The notes: generated from the letters alone by a model not told the origin. Counted from the stretch's first letter, positions 40,889 to 50,867 are shown. The stretch: 64,000 nt of DNA from Promethearchaeota archaeon (GCA_016840165.1 JAEOSU010000072.1:96001-160000), one strand, 5' to 3'. Made by a program: numbers and translations.

Positions 40889-40996
40889 TTATTTTGCTTT
40901 TATTGTTTTTATACATTGATATTTTGTATTTTTATATTCCCACATCTCAGGTGATGGTTTGGTTACAGTATCAGATCGTAAATCTACAACTCTCAT
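40889..40996 (-). pseudogene. 5' remnant of low-specificity L-threonine aldolase (LtaE)
   Basis: Manual translation MRVVDLRSDTVTKPSPEMWEY-KNTKYQCIKTIKAK*; DLRSDTVTxP...M is the hallmark LtaE N-terminus, followed by AT-rich non-homologous sequence. Confidence 0.75.
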
Positions 40997-41113
40997 AAAT
41001 ATCAATTAAGTTTTATATTAAGAATGTATAATTTATACACTACATTAAACTTTTCAAATTACAGTCTTAAGTAAATAAAGTTTAGAAAAAGAAAATAAAA
41101 ATAGGGATAATAA

Positions 41114-41485
41114 TTATTTAGATTTCAATGCCACAGTTATAGCTCTAGTTAATCTCACGACATCCATTACCTTTCCTCGCTCCACAGTAATTTGCTCTCG
41201 TGATATTGCGTGAGTAAAGTCACCTTTTCCATTACAAATTCTCACAATTGCCTCGGGATCACCTGTCATTACGATATCGGCATCTAGTTTTGTTCCATTT
41301 GATAATATCCCTTTTCGATCATTTATACTTAAATAAAATGGATCCTCATTACTTAGGTTAAATTGAAAGGACATTTTCCAATTAACATCCTTACCAGCTA
41401 CATTCGTGACAAATACGGCTTGTGCTTTCTCATTTTGATTAACTTTCGTGATAATATTCTCTAAATTCTCTTTGGCTGCACCCAT
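41114..41485 (-). CDS. SCP2 lipid-binding domain protein
   Basis: FQFNL...FYLSI...G...ADIVMTGD...FTHAI...ITV.G SCP2 pattern. Confidence 0.75.
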   Translation of the reverse strand: MGAAKENLENIITKVNQNEKAQAVFVTNVAGKDVNWKMSFQFNLSNEDPFYLSINDRKGILSNGTKLDADIVMTGDPEAIVRICNGKGDFTHAISREQITVERGKVMDVVRLTRAITVALKSK

Positions 41486-41488
41486 TAT

Positions 41489-41983
41489 TTACTTCCCTCC
41501 CTCAAATTCAGGTTTTTTAATCCAATTTTCATATTCATCCTCAGGAACAAAAAAGAAATCCGTCATCTTACCTTCTCTTTCTTGTAAGAACACTGCTTTT
41601 ACTCGTCGTCCTTTTTTGACTTTGGATGGCACTAGATTATCTGAAAATATCCCTTGAAGGAATGAAGTTTCCGCACCATCAAGTTTAATAAAGCCTATTG
41701 CATAAGGAATTGCTTTAATAAAGGCAGAAGTAGTATACCATACTATTGTACTGACTTGTATCGTTCCAGTTTGCTTAAGTTCAATCCATTCTGCCGGAGA
41801 ATAACAATCAGAGCAATTAATACGAGGAGGCATCCAAGTCTTACCACATTTTGTACATTTCGTACCTAATAACTTTTTATTATTCATCACTTCTAAAAAA
41901 AATTTAGATTGACCCCCCATTGTATATTTGTAATTTATTTTTATTACATCTCTTATCTGATGTTCGTGAAATTCTTCATTCAT
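41489..41983 (-). CDS. DUF35 Zn-ribbon/OB-fold protein
   Basis: CTKCGKTWMPPRINCSDC, PYAIGFIKLDG, GRRVKAVF. Confidence 0.9.
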   Translation of the reverse strand: MNEEFHEHQIRDVIKINYKYTMGGQSKFFLEVMNNKKLLGTKCTKCGKTWMPPRINCSDCYSPAEWIELKQTGTIQVSTIVWYTTSAFIKAIPYAIGFIKLDGAETSFLQGIFSDNLVPSKVKKGRRVKAVFLQEREGKMTDFFFVPEDEYENWIKKPEFEGGK

Positions 41984-41985
41984 AA

Positions 41986-43239
41986 TTATAGCACTCCCTC
42001 CTCATTAGCCATTACAATAATAGCCGCATAAGCAGCTCCCGGACCGCCAATTGAATGGGAAATAGCTCGCCCTTTATTGATTGTCACTTGATGTTTTCCT
42101 GCCTCTCCTCGTAATTGGAGGGCAGCTTCACCAGTACTCATAATTCCTGTAGCACCCACAGCATGGCCACATCCAATTAAACCTCCCGATGGACAACAAG
42201 GTAATTCACCTTCAATCCAGGGTCCTTCTCCTGGTTTTTCAAATGAGTTTTCAATCCAAGGTCCTCCTTCTCCAAATGGTACAAAACCTAGCTCTTCATA
42301 CGAGATTACTTCTTGACCGCTGAAAGCATCATGTAGCTCGGCTAGATCTATTTGTTTTTTAATGTTATTATAGTCTAAGCCAGCCATTTTATATGCCACT
42401 TTTGCAGCATAAATATTAGAATATAAACGGCCCATGTCTTCTCTATTTCCTATGAAACAATCAGTATTAGCAGCTCCTACGCCAGTAATCCAAATTGGAT
42501 TTTCAACCCCTAATTCCTTTACCTTCTCTTTATTTGCTAAAATTAAGGCCGCAGATGCTTCTGAATACAAACAACAATCTAACATCTTGAAAGGGTAACA
42601 GATAATACGAGAATTCATAACATCTTCTACCGTTATCTTCATGGGAGATTGGGCTTTTGGATTAAGCATTGCATTTCCATGGTTTTTCACTCCTACGAAA
42701 GCCATCTGCTCTTCAGTAGGGTTTCCAAATTCTTCATAATGTGCGTTAACCATTGATACATACGAGGAGGCAGCCATCATTCCCATTGGATATTCATAAG
42801 TCATATCTGCAGAATAAGCAATGGCATTAAGCACTTCTGGGGTCGTTGTTCCTGTTTGTTCGTCATAACAATCATTACATTTTTCAAGTCCAATGCATAA
42901 ACATAAATCAGAAATTCCCGATGCCACCTCAGCATAAGCCATTCGGACAGTATAACCTCCAGTAGCTCCTCCTGTAGCCACTCTCGTTCCTGGTTTATTA
43001 TTCATTCCCAGATATGAATTGGTAAAAATATCTGGCATAAATTGACGCTCAAAAAGCTCATTATATATACCATACACCGTCGATTGAAGATCTTTATGAG
43101 TGATGTGGGCACCATTTTTATTTGCATCTTCTAAGGCTAATTTGGTCGCATCATAGGCAAGTTCAAAGTATGTTTTATCTAAATACCGTGCTCTAAAAGG
43201 TGTTATTCCAACACCAATTATCGCTACTTCTTTAGGCAT
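41986..43239 (-). CDS. Thiolase-fold (SCP-x type) protein lacking the nucleophilic Cys
   Basis: RVATGGATGG, VKNH, ELHDAF, PSGGLIGCGHAVGATG. Confidence 0.88.
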   Translation of the reverse strand: MPKEVAIIGVGITPFRARYLDKTYFELAYDATKLALEDANKNGAHITHKDLQSTVYGIYNELFERQFMPDIFTNSYLGMNNKPGTRVATGGATGGYTVRMAYAEVASGISDLCLCIGLEKCNDCYDEQTGTTTPEVLNAIAYSADMTYEYPMGMMAASSYVSMVNAHYEEFGNPTEEQMAFVGVKNHGNAMLNPKAQSPMKITVEDVMNSRIICYPFKMLDCCLYSEASAALILANKEKVKELGVENPIWITGVGAANTDCFIGNREDMGRLYSNIYAAKVAYKMAGLDYNNIKKQIDLAELHDAFSGQEVISYEELGFVPFGEGGPWIENSFEKPGEGPWIEGELPCCPSGGLIGCGHAVGATGIMSTGEAALQLRGEAGKHQVTINKGRAISHSIGGPGAAYAAIIVMANEEGVL

Positions 43240-43481
43240 AATTCTTTTTCACCATTTTAATTATTGTTAGTTATTTTTTTTTATATCTCATCTAATATTT
43301 GAAAATTAATTAAAATTCGTTAAAAGGATATTTATAAATATTTTTTTGATGAAATTCAGAAAATTTCTATAGAAAATAGGCAAAATTATATTCCATGCAT
43401 ATAAATAAAAATCGAAAGCATAATACTTAAAAATTTAAAGAGTAAATTATGCATAATTAAAATGATATATGAGGATATATA

Positions 43482-45164
43482 ATGTCTTGGGAAGAATTTG
43501 AAACGGTTCCTCATACAGTAAATGGTGTAATAGAGAAATGGGCTAAAGAAAAGCCAGATAAAGTTGCATTCATTTTTTATGACACGGAAAAAGAGTATAC
43601 GTTCAAGGATTTTCGTGATGCCATAACTGTGATGGCATTTAAGCTTTATAATCTGGGATTTAGAAAAGGAGACATAATTGCGACTTCCTTACCTTTTCTC
43701 TATGAGCATATAATTTTAGGTTATGCTTGTGCAAAATTAGGTGTAATGTGGAATCCTATGGATTTACGCTTAAAACCTCCAGAAATTATGAGAAACCTGA
43801 GTTTATTAAAAGAAAAGTGTAAAATGTATTGTCATTTAGGCAAGACGTCTGCTGCAAACTTTGGAATGATTGGTGCGGCTGTCATGAAAAATAATCCTTG
43901 GTTACAATATGTGGTCCAATTTAGTAGCCCAGATGACAGATATAGAAAAGGAATTATCCCTGCATTTCAGTTAATGCAAGAAGCTCAAAAAGAATTTAAA
44001 GAAGCGCAGACAAAACCGGAATCTATGAAAGAATTTATTGCAGAATGTGAAAAAGTAGGGGAGGATGATCCTATATTAATCATATTTACCACTGGATCAA
44101 CAGGGTATCCAAAACCTGCTATGTTAACAAATAAAGGTATCACCTGTCAGAATATGTGCTTAGCAAAGGGACTTGAATCTGAAGAGGATGATTTCATGCT
44201 GGTTAATTTACCACCTTCTCACGTTGGAGGAACAACTGAACAGTTTATGACACCTATATTTAAAGGTGGAGGTGTGGTTGTGCTACACATTTTTGATCCT
44301 GCTAAAAGTCTTGATGCAATTCAAAAATATAAGATTACTGTAATGGGGCAAATTCCAGCATTATTCGTAATGGAGTGGAGACTCCCTAATTTTGATGAAT
44401 ATGATCTTAGTTCTTTAAAATATGCAATTGCAGCAGGTCAACCAGTCGACAAACCTTTCTTGGAACGATTAACAACTATGGCTCCAAATTTGTTTACCGG
44501 GCTGGGATTAACCGAAACTTCAGGTTTTTGTTCTTATACACCTACAGATCTCACTTTAGATGAATTTACGGGTACTTTAGGTTATGATTTTCCAATTTAT
44601 CCGATGTCAATTAGAAAACCCATGAAAGAAGATGGAAGTGCCGGAGATGAATTACCAAAAGGAGAGATTGGAGAAATATGCTATAAAGGACCTCAAACCT
44701 TTTTAGGATATTTTGGAAATCAAGAGGCAACACGCAACACTTTATCAACAGATGGATATTTATACACGGGGGATATGGGTTATATTGACGAAAAAGGGCT
44801 TCATCTTGAGGGACGAAGAAAATTTCTGATAAAGCCAAAAGGCTATCAAGTATTTCCGCCAGAAGTTGAGGCTTATATCGCAGAATTATCACAAGTAGAG
44901 TTCGTGGGAGTGATTGGCGCTAAACATGAGGTATTTACTGAAGGAATCGTTGCATATATTAAGTTAAAGGAAGGTGAGACACTTACAGAACAAGAAGTAT
45001 TGGAACATTGTAAAGGGATGGCAGCCTATAAAAGACCTTCCATGGTTGTATTTGTAGACGAGTTTCCACTTAATCGTGTGGCAAAAACAGATTATGTAGC
45101 TTTAAAATCCAGAGCTGATGACGATATTCAAGCTGCAAGAGCACAAGGTGGTTGGGATAGTTAA
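43482..45164 (+). CDS. Acyl-CoA synthetase (class I adenylate-forming enzyme)
   Basis: FTTGSTGYPK, LGLTET, YTGDMG, NRVAKTD. Confidence 0.9.
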   Translation: MSWEEFETVPHTVNGVIEKWAKEKPDKVAFIFYDTEKEYTFKDFRDAITVMAFKLYNLGFRKGDIIATSLPFLYEHIILGYACAKLGVMWNPMDLRLKPPEIMRNLSLLKEKCKMYCHLGKTSAANFGMIGAAVMKNNPWLQYVVQFSSPDDRYRKGIIPAFQLMQEAQKEFKEAQTKPESMKEFIAECEKVGEDDPILIIFTTGSTGYPKPAMLTNKGITCQNMCLAKGLESEEDDFMLVNLPPSHVGGTTEQFMTPIFKGGGVVVLHIFDPAKSLDAIQKYKITVMGQIPALFVMEWRLPNFDEYDLSSLKYAIAAGQPVDKPFLERLTTMAPNLFTGLGLTETSGFCSYTPTDLTLDEFTGTLGYDFPIYPMSIRKPMKEDGSAGDELPKGEIGEICYKGPQTFLGYFGNQEATRNTLSTDGYLYTGDMGYIDEKGLHLEGRRKFLIKPKGYQVFPPEVEAYIAELSQVEFVGVIGAKHEVFTEGIVAYIKLKEGETLTEQEVLEHCKGMAAYKRPSMVVFVDEFPLNRVAKTDYVALKSRADDDIQAARAQGGWDS

Positions 45165-45222
45165 AAATCTTTCATTTAACTAATTTTTATTTATTTTATA
45201 TTTTTTTAATAGATGTTTATCA

Positions 45223-45816
45223 TTACAGTATACATTTTTTCAAAAGTAGAATACTCTCTTCTCTCGCTTTTAATAATGTTCTCTCTGTTATACCTTTCAT
45301 CTCTTCTGAGGGTAAAATTTTTTCTTTCAATACTTTTTTATACCACAGATATTCATCCTTTCTGCTAATAAATGGATCTACTTCCCGAGTTTCTATGAAA
45401 TTTTCAATTAAAGTCTTTTTACCATTGTTATTTCCTTCTGTGAGATCAAATCTATATTGTTTATAGACTAAAAAGCAGTGATCCATAGGAATGTAAGGTA
45501 TATTATACTTTTCCTGTATTTTCTGAGCACCAGTCGTAATTTCCTCCGTAAATTTGTATACTCCCACATTTTTTTGGAGTGGAATACCAAGTTCTCTGGC
45601 AAGACCCGCTATAATAGCATGTTTGGTGGTACAAGTTCCTATATTTTCTTTAAACAAAATCAAATCATCTTCATAGGTCGAATTATAACCATATTCTATT
45701 TCATGAATATATTTACACGCTTCCTTAAATGATTTAATACCCAGTTCTAAAAACTTCTTTGATATTTCTCCTTGAGATTTAATTTCTGCGTCTGGAAGAT
45801 TCTCGTATGAGTCCAT
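45223..45816 (-). CDS. Hypothetical protein, transglutaminase-like Cys-His-Asp pattern
   Basis: GTCTTKH, DHCF, FDLT. Confidence 0.6.
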   Translation of the reverse strand: MDSYENLPDAEIKSQGEISKKFLELGIKSFKEACKYIHEIEYGYNSTYEDDLILFKENIGTCTTKHAIIAGLARELGIPLQKNVGVYKFTEEITTGAQKIQEKYNIPYIPMDHCFLVYKQYRFDLTEGNNNGKKTLIENFIETREVDPFISRKDEYLWYKKVLKEKILPSEEMKGITERTLLKAREESILLLKKCIL

Positions 45817-46046
45817 AATTTCAAGAAGTAACTCATATCTTTTATTTTAATTCTATATAGAATATAAAAAAATCTGTCAAATCGATTAATTCGAATTATT
45901 TCTATGGATTGAATATAATAAGCAACGATATTTTGTGATTATTCAAAATTCCTTCACTAAGATGTCACAAAATAATAGGATTCTATGGATAATTTTTTTA
46001 AGTGCAAAAGTCTAATCATAACCATACTTATTGAAGTGAATATAAA

Positions 46047-47069
46047 ATGATTAAAACACGATTAACAGAGGAGTTTGGATTAAAGTATCCAATTATTAGC
46101 GCTCCAATGGGCCCTTTTTATACTACTGAACTTACAATTGCAGTTTCCGAGGCTGGAGGCTTGGGTGTTGTGAGTCATGCTACTTTACGAGGAAAAAATT
46201 CCCTCCAAGACATGAAAGAACAATTATTTCATGTAATTGAACATACAGATAAACCTTTTGGGGTAAACGTAAGGACCGCTCGAATCCAGACGGATCATAA
46301 AATAATGCTAAGAAAAATTGCTCAATGGGCAAAGGAGAATCCTAAACTTCGTGAGCAGCTAGTTTATGTTCTTACCAGTGCTGGAGGCCCACGTGATGCA
46401 AGTAAAATATTAAAAGACAAAGCACCTCATATTCATCATTTCCATGTAGCTCCTGCATTGTGGTTAGTTGATAAGGTCGTTGCATCAGGTTGTGATGGAA
46501 TCGTTGCCACCGGCACAGAAGGTGGAGGTCATCAAAGTTACGAGGGAATTTCTACTTTAGTTTTGGTTCAACAAGTTGCTCAAAAGTATCCTGAGAAGCA
46601 ATTAATCGCATGTGGAGGGTTTGCAACTCCCCAAGGGATAGCTGCGGGATTAGCTATGGGAGCTGATGCCGTGGCTATGGGAACGCGTTTTATCGCATCG
46701 AATCAGAGCGAATTCCATCCAAACTATAAAGCTCTTATCCCCCCTGCTACAGCAAGAGATACTTTATTAACTACGGGTGGTTTTGGTCCAATACGATTAT
46801 TAAAAAACAAATACTGTATAGAGCATGGCAAAGTAATAAGTAAGAATGATAAAATCGCACAAGAATTAGCTTACAGCATGGATGAGTATTTAGAAGACCT
46901 CATGCATTATGAAATTGTTTATACTAAGGGAGATGTTGAGAACGGGGCAATTCCAGTGGGTCAAACTGTCGGTTTAATTGACTCAATGATGGATGTGGAT
47001 GAAATTTTGACGAGCTTCACTAAAGAAGCAGAAAAAATTCTTAAAAATTTATGTTCGAATGTAACGTAA
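46047..47069 (+). CDS. Nitronate monooxygenase / FabK-like FMN enoyl reductase
   Basis: PIISAPM, AVSEAGGLG, EGGGH, IACGG, AMGTRF, GQTVGLI. Confidence 0.88.
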   Translation: MIKTRLTEEFGLKYPIISAPMGPFYTTELTIAVSEAGGLGVVSHATLRGKNSLQDMKEQLFHVIEHTDKPFGVNVRTARIQTDHKIMLRKIAQWAKENPKLREQLVYVLTSAGGPRDASKILKDKAPHIHHFHVAPALWLVDKVVASGCDGIVATGTEGGGHQSYEGISTLVLVQQVAQKYPEKQLIACGGFATPQGIAAGLAMGADAVAMGTRFIASNQSEFHPNYKALIPPATARDTLLTTGGFGPIRLLKNKYCIEHGKVISKNDKIAQELAYSMDEYLEDLMHYEIVYTKGDVENGAIPVGQTVGLIDSMMDVDEILTSFTKEAEKILKNLCSNVT

Positions 47070-47140
47070 ATTTTATTCTTTCTTTTTAATTTATATAAAT
47101 CAGAATTATTGTTATTTTAGTGTATTTTTTGTGCGTAATT

Positions 47141-47401
47141 ATGAATAGCGCTTCGATAAACTTAGAACGTAAGATAAAGGAATTATCATTACTTCATTAT
47201 AAAGCTATAACTATTTTAGAAAGATGTCGGGGCTGCGGAACATGTGTGAGATTTTGTCCGTTAAATATCCGAAAGTTTAATGAAGTGGGTAAAGCGATTA
47301 CAATTAGCTCTGTTAGAGATTGTGGTGGATGCTCCGTTTGCTATCATAGGTGCCCAAATAAAGCAATTGAGTTAATTCAACTGCAAAAAACTAATAAATG
47401 A
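47141..47401 (+). CDS. 2x[4Fe-4S] ferredoxin
   Basis: CRGCGTCVRFCP and CGGCSVCYHRCP; start uncertain. Confidence 0.85.
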   Translation: MNSASINLERKIKELSLLHYKAITILERCRGCGTCVRFCPLNIRKFNEVGKAITISSVRDCGGCSVCYHRCPNKAIELIQLQKTNK

Positions 47402-47429
47402 ATATTATATGATATTCTCTATATTCAGC

Positions 47430-47867
47430 TTAAAGTTTCCATTTATACAGTTTTTCATCGGGAATGAAACTCATCATGACCAGATCATCCCTTATCTCCC
47501 ATCCAAGTTTTTTATAGAAGTTTATCACAGAGTGATTATATTTTTCGATAAAAAGATGGATTTTATGGACTTTCATTTCTTTAAATCTAAACATAAGCTC
47601 ATCCATTAATTTCTTCCCATATCCTTGATGTTGATAATCAGGATCGACTGCTAAATGATGAATATATCCTCTTCTGCCGTCGTAACCGCCTAACACGACT
47701 GCAATTAGATTATGATCTAATCTTCCTACTAAAAAAAGATTTGGATTCCTATTTGACATCTTTTCAATTTCTTCTTTGGTATCAGAGGATCCTACATTAA
47801 TTCCCGCTCTTTCCCAAATATTAATGATCGCGGGGTAATCTTTCATGTTAAACTGTTCGATCTTCAT
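47430..47867 (-). CDS. GNAT acetyltransferase (YpeA-like)
   Basis: GYDGRRGYIHHLAVDPDYQHQGYG, FYKKLG. Confidence 0.88.
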   Translation of the reverse strand: MKIEQFNMKDYPAIINIWERAGINVGSSDTKEEIEKMSNRNPNLFLVGRLDHNLIAVVLGGYDGRRGYIHHLAVDPDYQHQGYGKKLMDELMFRFKEMKVHKIHLFIEKYNHSVINFYKKLGWEIRDDLVMMSFIPDEKLYKWKL

Positions 47868-47877
47868 GATAGTTTCA

Positions 47878-49926
47878 TCACAGTTCCATACTTAAATTTG
47901 CAATTTCTTTTCTTATTTCTATTTTTTTATCAATAATATTTTTAATATATAGAGAAATCTCCTTCCTTCTGTTTATATCTGAGGGAATCGGAAGTTTAAC
48001 TTCCATAATTCTATTTCCTAAGGTGGCAATCGTGCCTTGAACAAAAGTGATGGCTTTAATCTGATCCTGAACTATATCGAGATTCAAGAGGTATAAGAGA
48101 AGGTAAGGATCAATCGCCTCATCGTTCGGTAAAACTTTTATTTGATAAATATGACTCTGAATGATAATTTTTGTGTCGAAAGAAGTGACGTAGGCTGTCT
48201 TTCCAATTAAATTAGGGCCACCATCTTTTACTAAAAGGATATCTCCCTCTTCAATGTTTTGTTTATCTTTATATTGAAAATATACTTCTTCTGAGGTTTT
48301 TTTATGAGAATCTAAGTTAATTTCCCAATTATTTAATTCAGTTGTTCGAATGAATGGAACCTCTCCTAAACCATATACATTTGAACCAATCTCATTACCC
48401 CGAGGTAAATACCCACCTCTGTTCGTATAAATAATATTTCGTTCTACTAAATTTTGAATTGATTCAAGAATATACTCTGCTTTTTCTTTGAGACTTTCCA
48501 ATCTTCTTTCGACACCTGTATAGTAGCTAGGAATGAAAATACCATTCTTGATCTGGCTAAATTTGATCTTAAAGACGTTTTGGTTTTTGCGATAATCTAA
48601 TTGATCGCAATCCTTAATTTGCTGATGAAGATCAGTCAATTCATCATTTATTATCATCTCACCTTCCTCAGTTGTCCTTTTAGACCCATCTTTGTTTAAT
48701 TTATAAAGAATCTTTCCATCTTTATCATGGCCTACATTGTTTACAATAGCGAAATCAATAAAATAATCATTTGGAATATTACTTGATTTCTCAAAAAAAA
48801 GGATACTAGTTTTATTGCAGGTATAAGGTTGAAAGGTATTTTGATCTAATGAAACTACACCTAATACTTTACCATTAGAGGTTAAGTATTCCCAGATATA
48901 ACGATCTGAGGGATTGCCAAATATGCCTTCAGGTAATATTATTCCTAATTTACCTTTATTCCGCAGGAGTTGAACGCATCTTTCAATGAAGAGTATTTGG
49001 GGCGATTGTTGTGACGATATTTGTTCCTGCATTTCCCATTTTCCTCCAATAATTTTCCACACATGAGCTAAATGATAGGTTTTTAGAGTATTTTTATCTG
49101 TAATCGGGATTCTGGCTCCAAAAGGAGGATTAGTAAAGATGTAATCAAATAAGTCATTTTTAATTAATATCTTAATTGGTTGGCGATAACTATCTGGATC
49201 CAATGAGTTTTCACAAAATACGTGAGATTTTCCTCCACTAAGAATTTCTAAGTATAATTTACAAATTTTTGCAAGAAATAGGTCTTTATCTATTCCAAAA
49301 AGGTTAGATATTAATTCTTTTTTAGAAATTGGATCATTAGTTTTTTCCCATAAAAGATCTTTAATATGGAGTAAAAAACCTCCATGTCCACAAGCAGGAT
49401 CTAAAATTTTTGAATTTAAAGAAGGATCTAAATAATTTACCATAAACTTTATAACATTCGAAGGAGTAAAGAATTGTCCAGCCTCATCCTTTAATACTTT
49501 ACTTACAAAGATTTCATACGCATCGTTAAGGATATCCTTGGAGGATTCTATAAGTGAAATTTCCTGTAATTCTTTAATAATTAAATATAATAAATCTTTA
49601 TTCAATCCAATCTTTTCATTTTCATTAAAAACCTCACTGTAGAGAGCTTTTACATTTTCCTCGAAGAAAAGTTGGATTCTTTGAAATAATTCTTCTTTAG
49701 ATTCTCCTTTTTTAATACTAAATTCCACATAATCAGAGGTAGATTTCTCAATTTCATCTACCAATTTACACATTAAAAGATTTATTATCTCTTTTGACCT
49801 TGTTCGTGTATCTGTATCGATATATTTTAATTTCGCATAGAGATGGCGATTAATCTCATTAAATTTTTCAATTAAATTCGAGATTTTTTTTAATTGTGCC
49901 TTCTTGATCTGGAAATTCATGCTCAT
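47878..49926 (-). CDS. N6-adenine DNA methyltransferase fused to a type I S-like target recognition domain; no adjacent nuclease
   Basis: GQFFTP, DPACGHGGF (motif I), NPPF (motif IV), ILPEG; C-terminal GDILL..DG...IGKTA and LPIP TRD pattern. Confidence 0.88.
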   Translation of the reverse strand: MSMNFQIKKAQLKKISNLIEKFNEINRHLYAKLKYIDTDTRTRSKEIINLLMCKLVDEIEKSTSDYVEFSIKKGESKEELFQRIQLFFEENVKALYSEVFNENEKIGLNKDLLYLIIKELQEISLIESSKDILNDAYEIFVSKVLKDEAGQFFTPSNVIKFMVNYLDPSLNSKILDPACGHGGFLLHIKDLLWEKTNDPISKKELISNLFGIDKDLFLAKICKLYLEILSGGKSHVFCENSLDPDSYRQPIKILIKNDLFDYIFTNPPFGARIPITDKNTLKTYHLAHVWKIIGGKWEMQEQISSQQSPQILFIERCVQLLRNKGKLGIILPEGIFGNPSDRYIWEYLTSNGKVLGVVSLDQNTFQPYTCNKTSILFFEKSSNIPNDYFIDFAIVNNVGHDKDGKILYKLNKDGSKRTTEEGEMIINDELTDLHQQIKDCDQLDYRKNQNVFKIKFSQIKNGIFIPSYYTGVERRLESLKEKAEYILESIQNLVERNIIYTNRGGYLPRGNEIGSNVYGLGEVPFIRTTELNNWEINLDSHKKTSEEVYFQYKDKQNIEEGDILLVKDGGPNLIGKTAYVTSFDTKIIIQSHIYQIKVLPNDEAIDPYLLLYLLNLDIVQDQIKAITFVQGTIATLGNRIMEVKLPIPSDINRRKEISLYIKNIIDKKIEIRKEIANLSMEL

Positions 49927-49939
49927 TAATTCTTAATAT

Positions 49940-50053
49940 TTGACTGTTCTAGTAATGTATCTTCTCTATGATTTATTATTATTTTTTATTAAATGTAAAT
50001 TAAAGTTAACTATGGCTTTAGATGATTTTGATTTCGGTAAATATATCGAATTT
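49940..50053 (+). repeat. 114-bp direct repeat, copy 1 (upstream region plus 14-codon stub MALDDFDFGKYIEF* of the enoyl-CoA hydratase gene)
   Basis: Aligns without gaps to 52143-52256 with 7 mismatches (manual count); ATG 50012, TAA 50054-50056. Confidence 0.93.
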
Positions 50054-50215
50054 TAAGGTGATAATTAAACAATTCTTAACTCAATTAATCGCAAACTTTG
50101 ATCAATGGATAAAAGATATTGATATCAGGTTATATTTTAACCTTCTTTGACAAAAAGAATTATTAATTATTATATGTATTTTTTAATTATTAACACAATT
50201 GTAAATAAAGGTACA

Positions 50216-50458
50216 ATGATGAATAAAAACCTTATTAGTATCATTTTAATAATATTTGGAGGATATTTGTTCATAGGAAATACTATCTTATCGTTCGTCA
50301 TTACTTATAAAGATCCACATCTGTTTAATGATACAATGAGTTTTGAAGATTTTTGGACTACTTGGTGGGAGAATTATGGGATACCAACGGTAATAACGGC
50401 GGTATTGGGAATTGTGTTAATTATGATTGGCTTGAATATTTATAAAAGAAAATCTTAA
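50216..50458 (+). CDS. Small two-TM membrane protein
   Basis: Two hydrophobic helices around FEDFWTTWW; AAGGT SD before ATG 50216. Confidence 0.65.
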   Translation: MMNKNLISIILIIFGGYLFIGNTILSFVITYKDPHLFNDTMSFEDFWTTWWENYGIPTVITAVLGIVLIMIGLNIYKRKS

Positions 50459-50867
50459 TTAAACGCTAATCTTTAAAAAGCTAGTTTTATTTTTTCTAAA
50501 TCATTGTAATTTTTTGATTTTCTAATCTCCCCTAGTAATTGTAAAGAGGCATATCAGAAAATTTTTAATGTCAATTACAGACATCTCCTAAATAGACATA
50601 TTCTATCCCATTAATTCTTTCAATGGATAGTGTAGATTTTAACATAAAGCAATCTTCTATTTTACAATCCTTCCAGATATATTTGTTTGATAACTTTTAA
50701 AACATAATTCAAAAGTAGTTTTTTCAAATAATTGTCATACACCTCTAATTCTATATATATAGTGATATAATTAAGTATATATACATTTTTGTCTTAAAAT
50801 TTATTTAGATAAATTTCCAAATAATAAAAAATAGAAAAATAATATTTTAGAAAGGGAGATTTATTTT

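Noticed and set aside
50497-50746. Possible decayed minus-strand gene inside the cassette (KYIWKDCKIEDCFMLKSTLSIERINGIEYVYLGD)
   Set aside because: Multiple stops and no recognisable family; cannot be supported without a search
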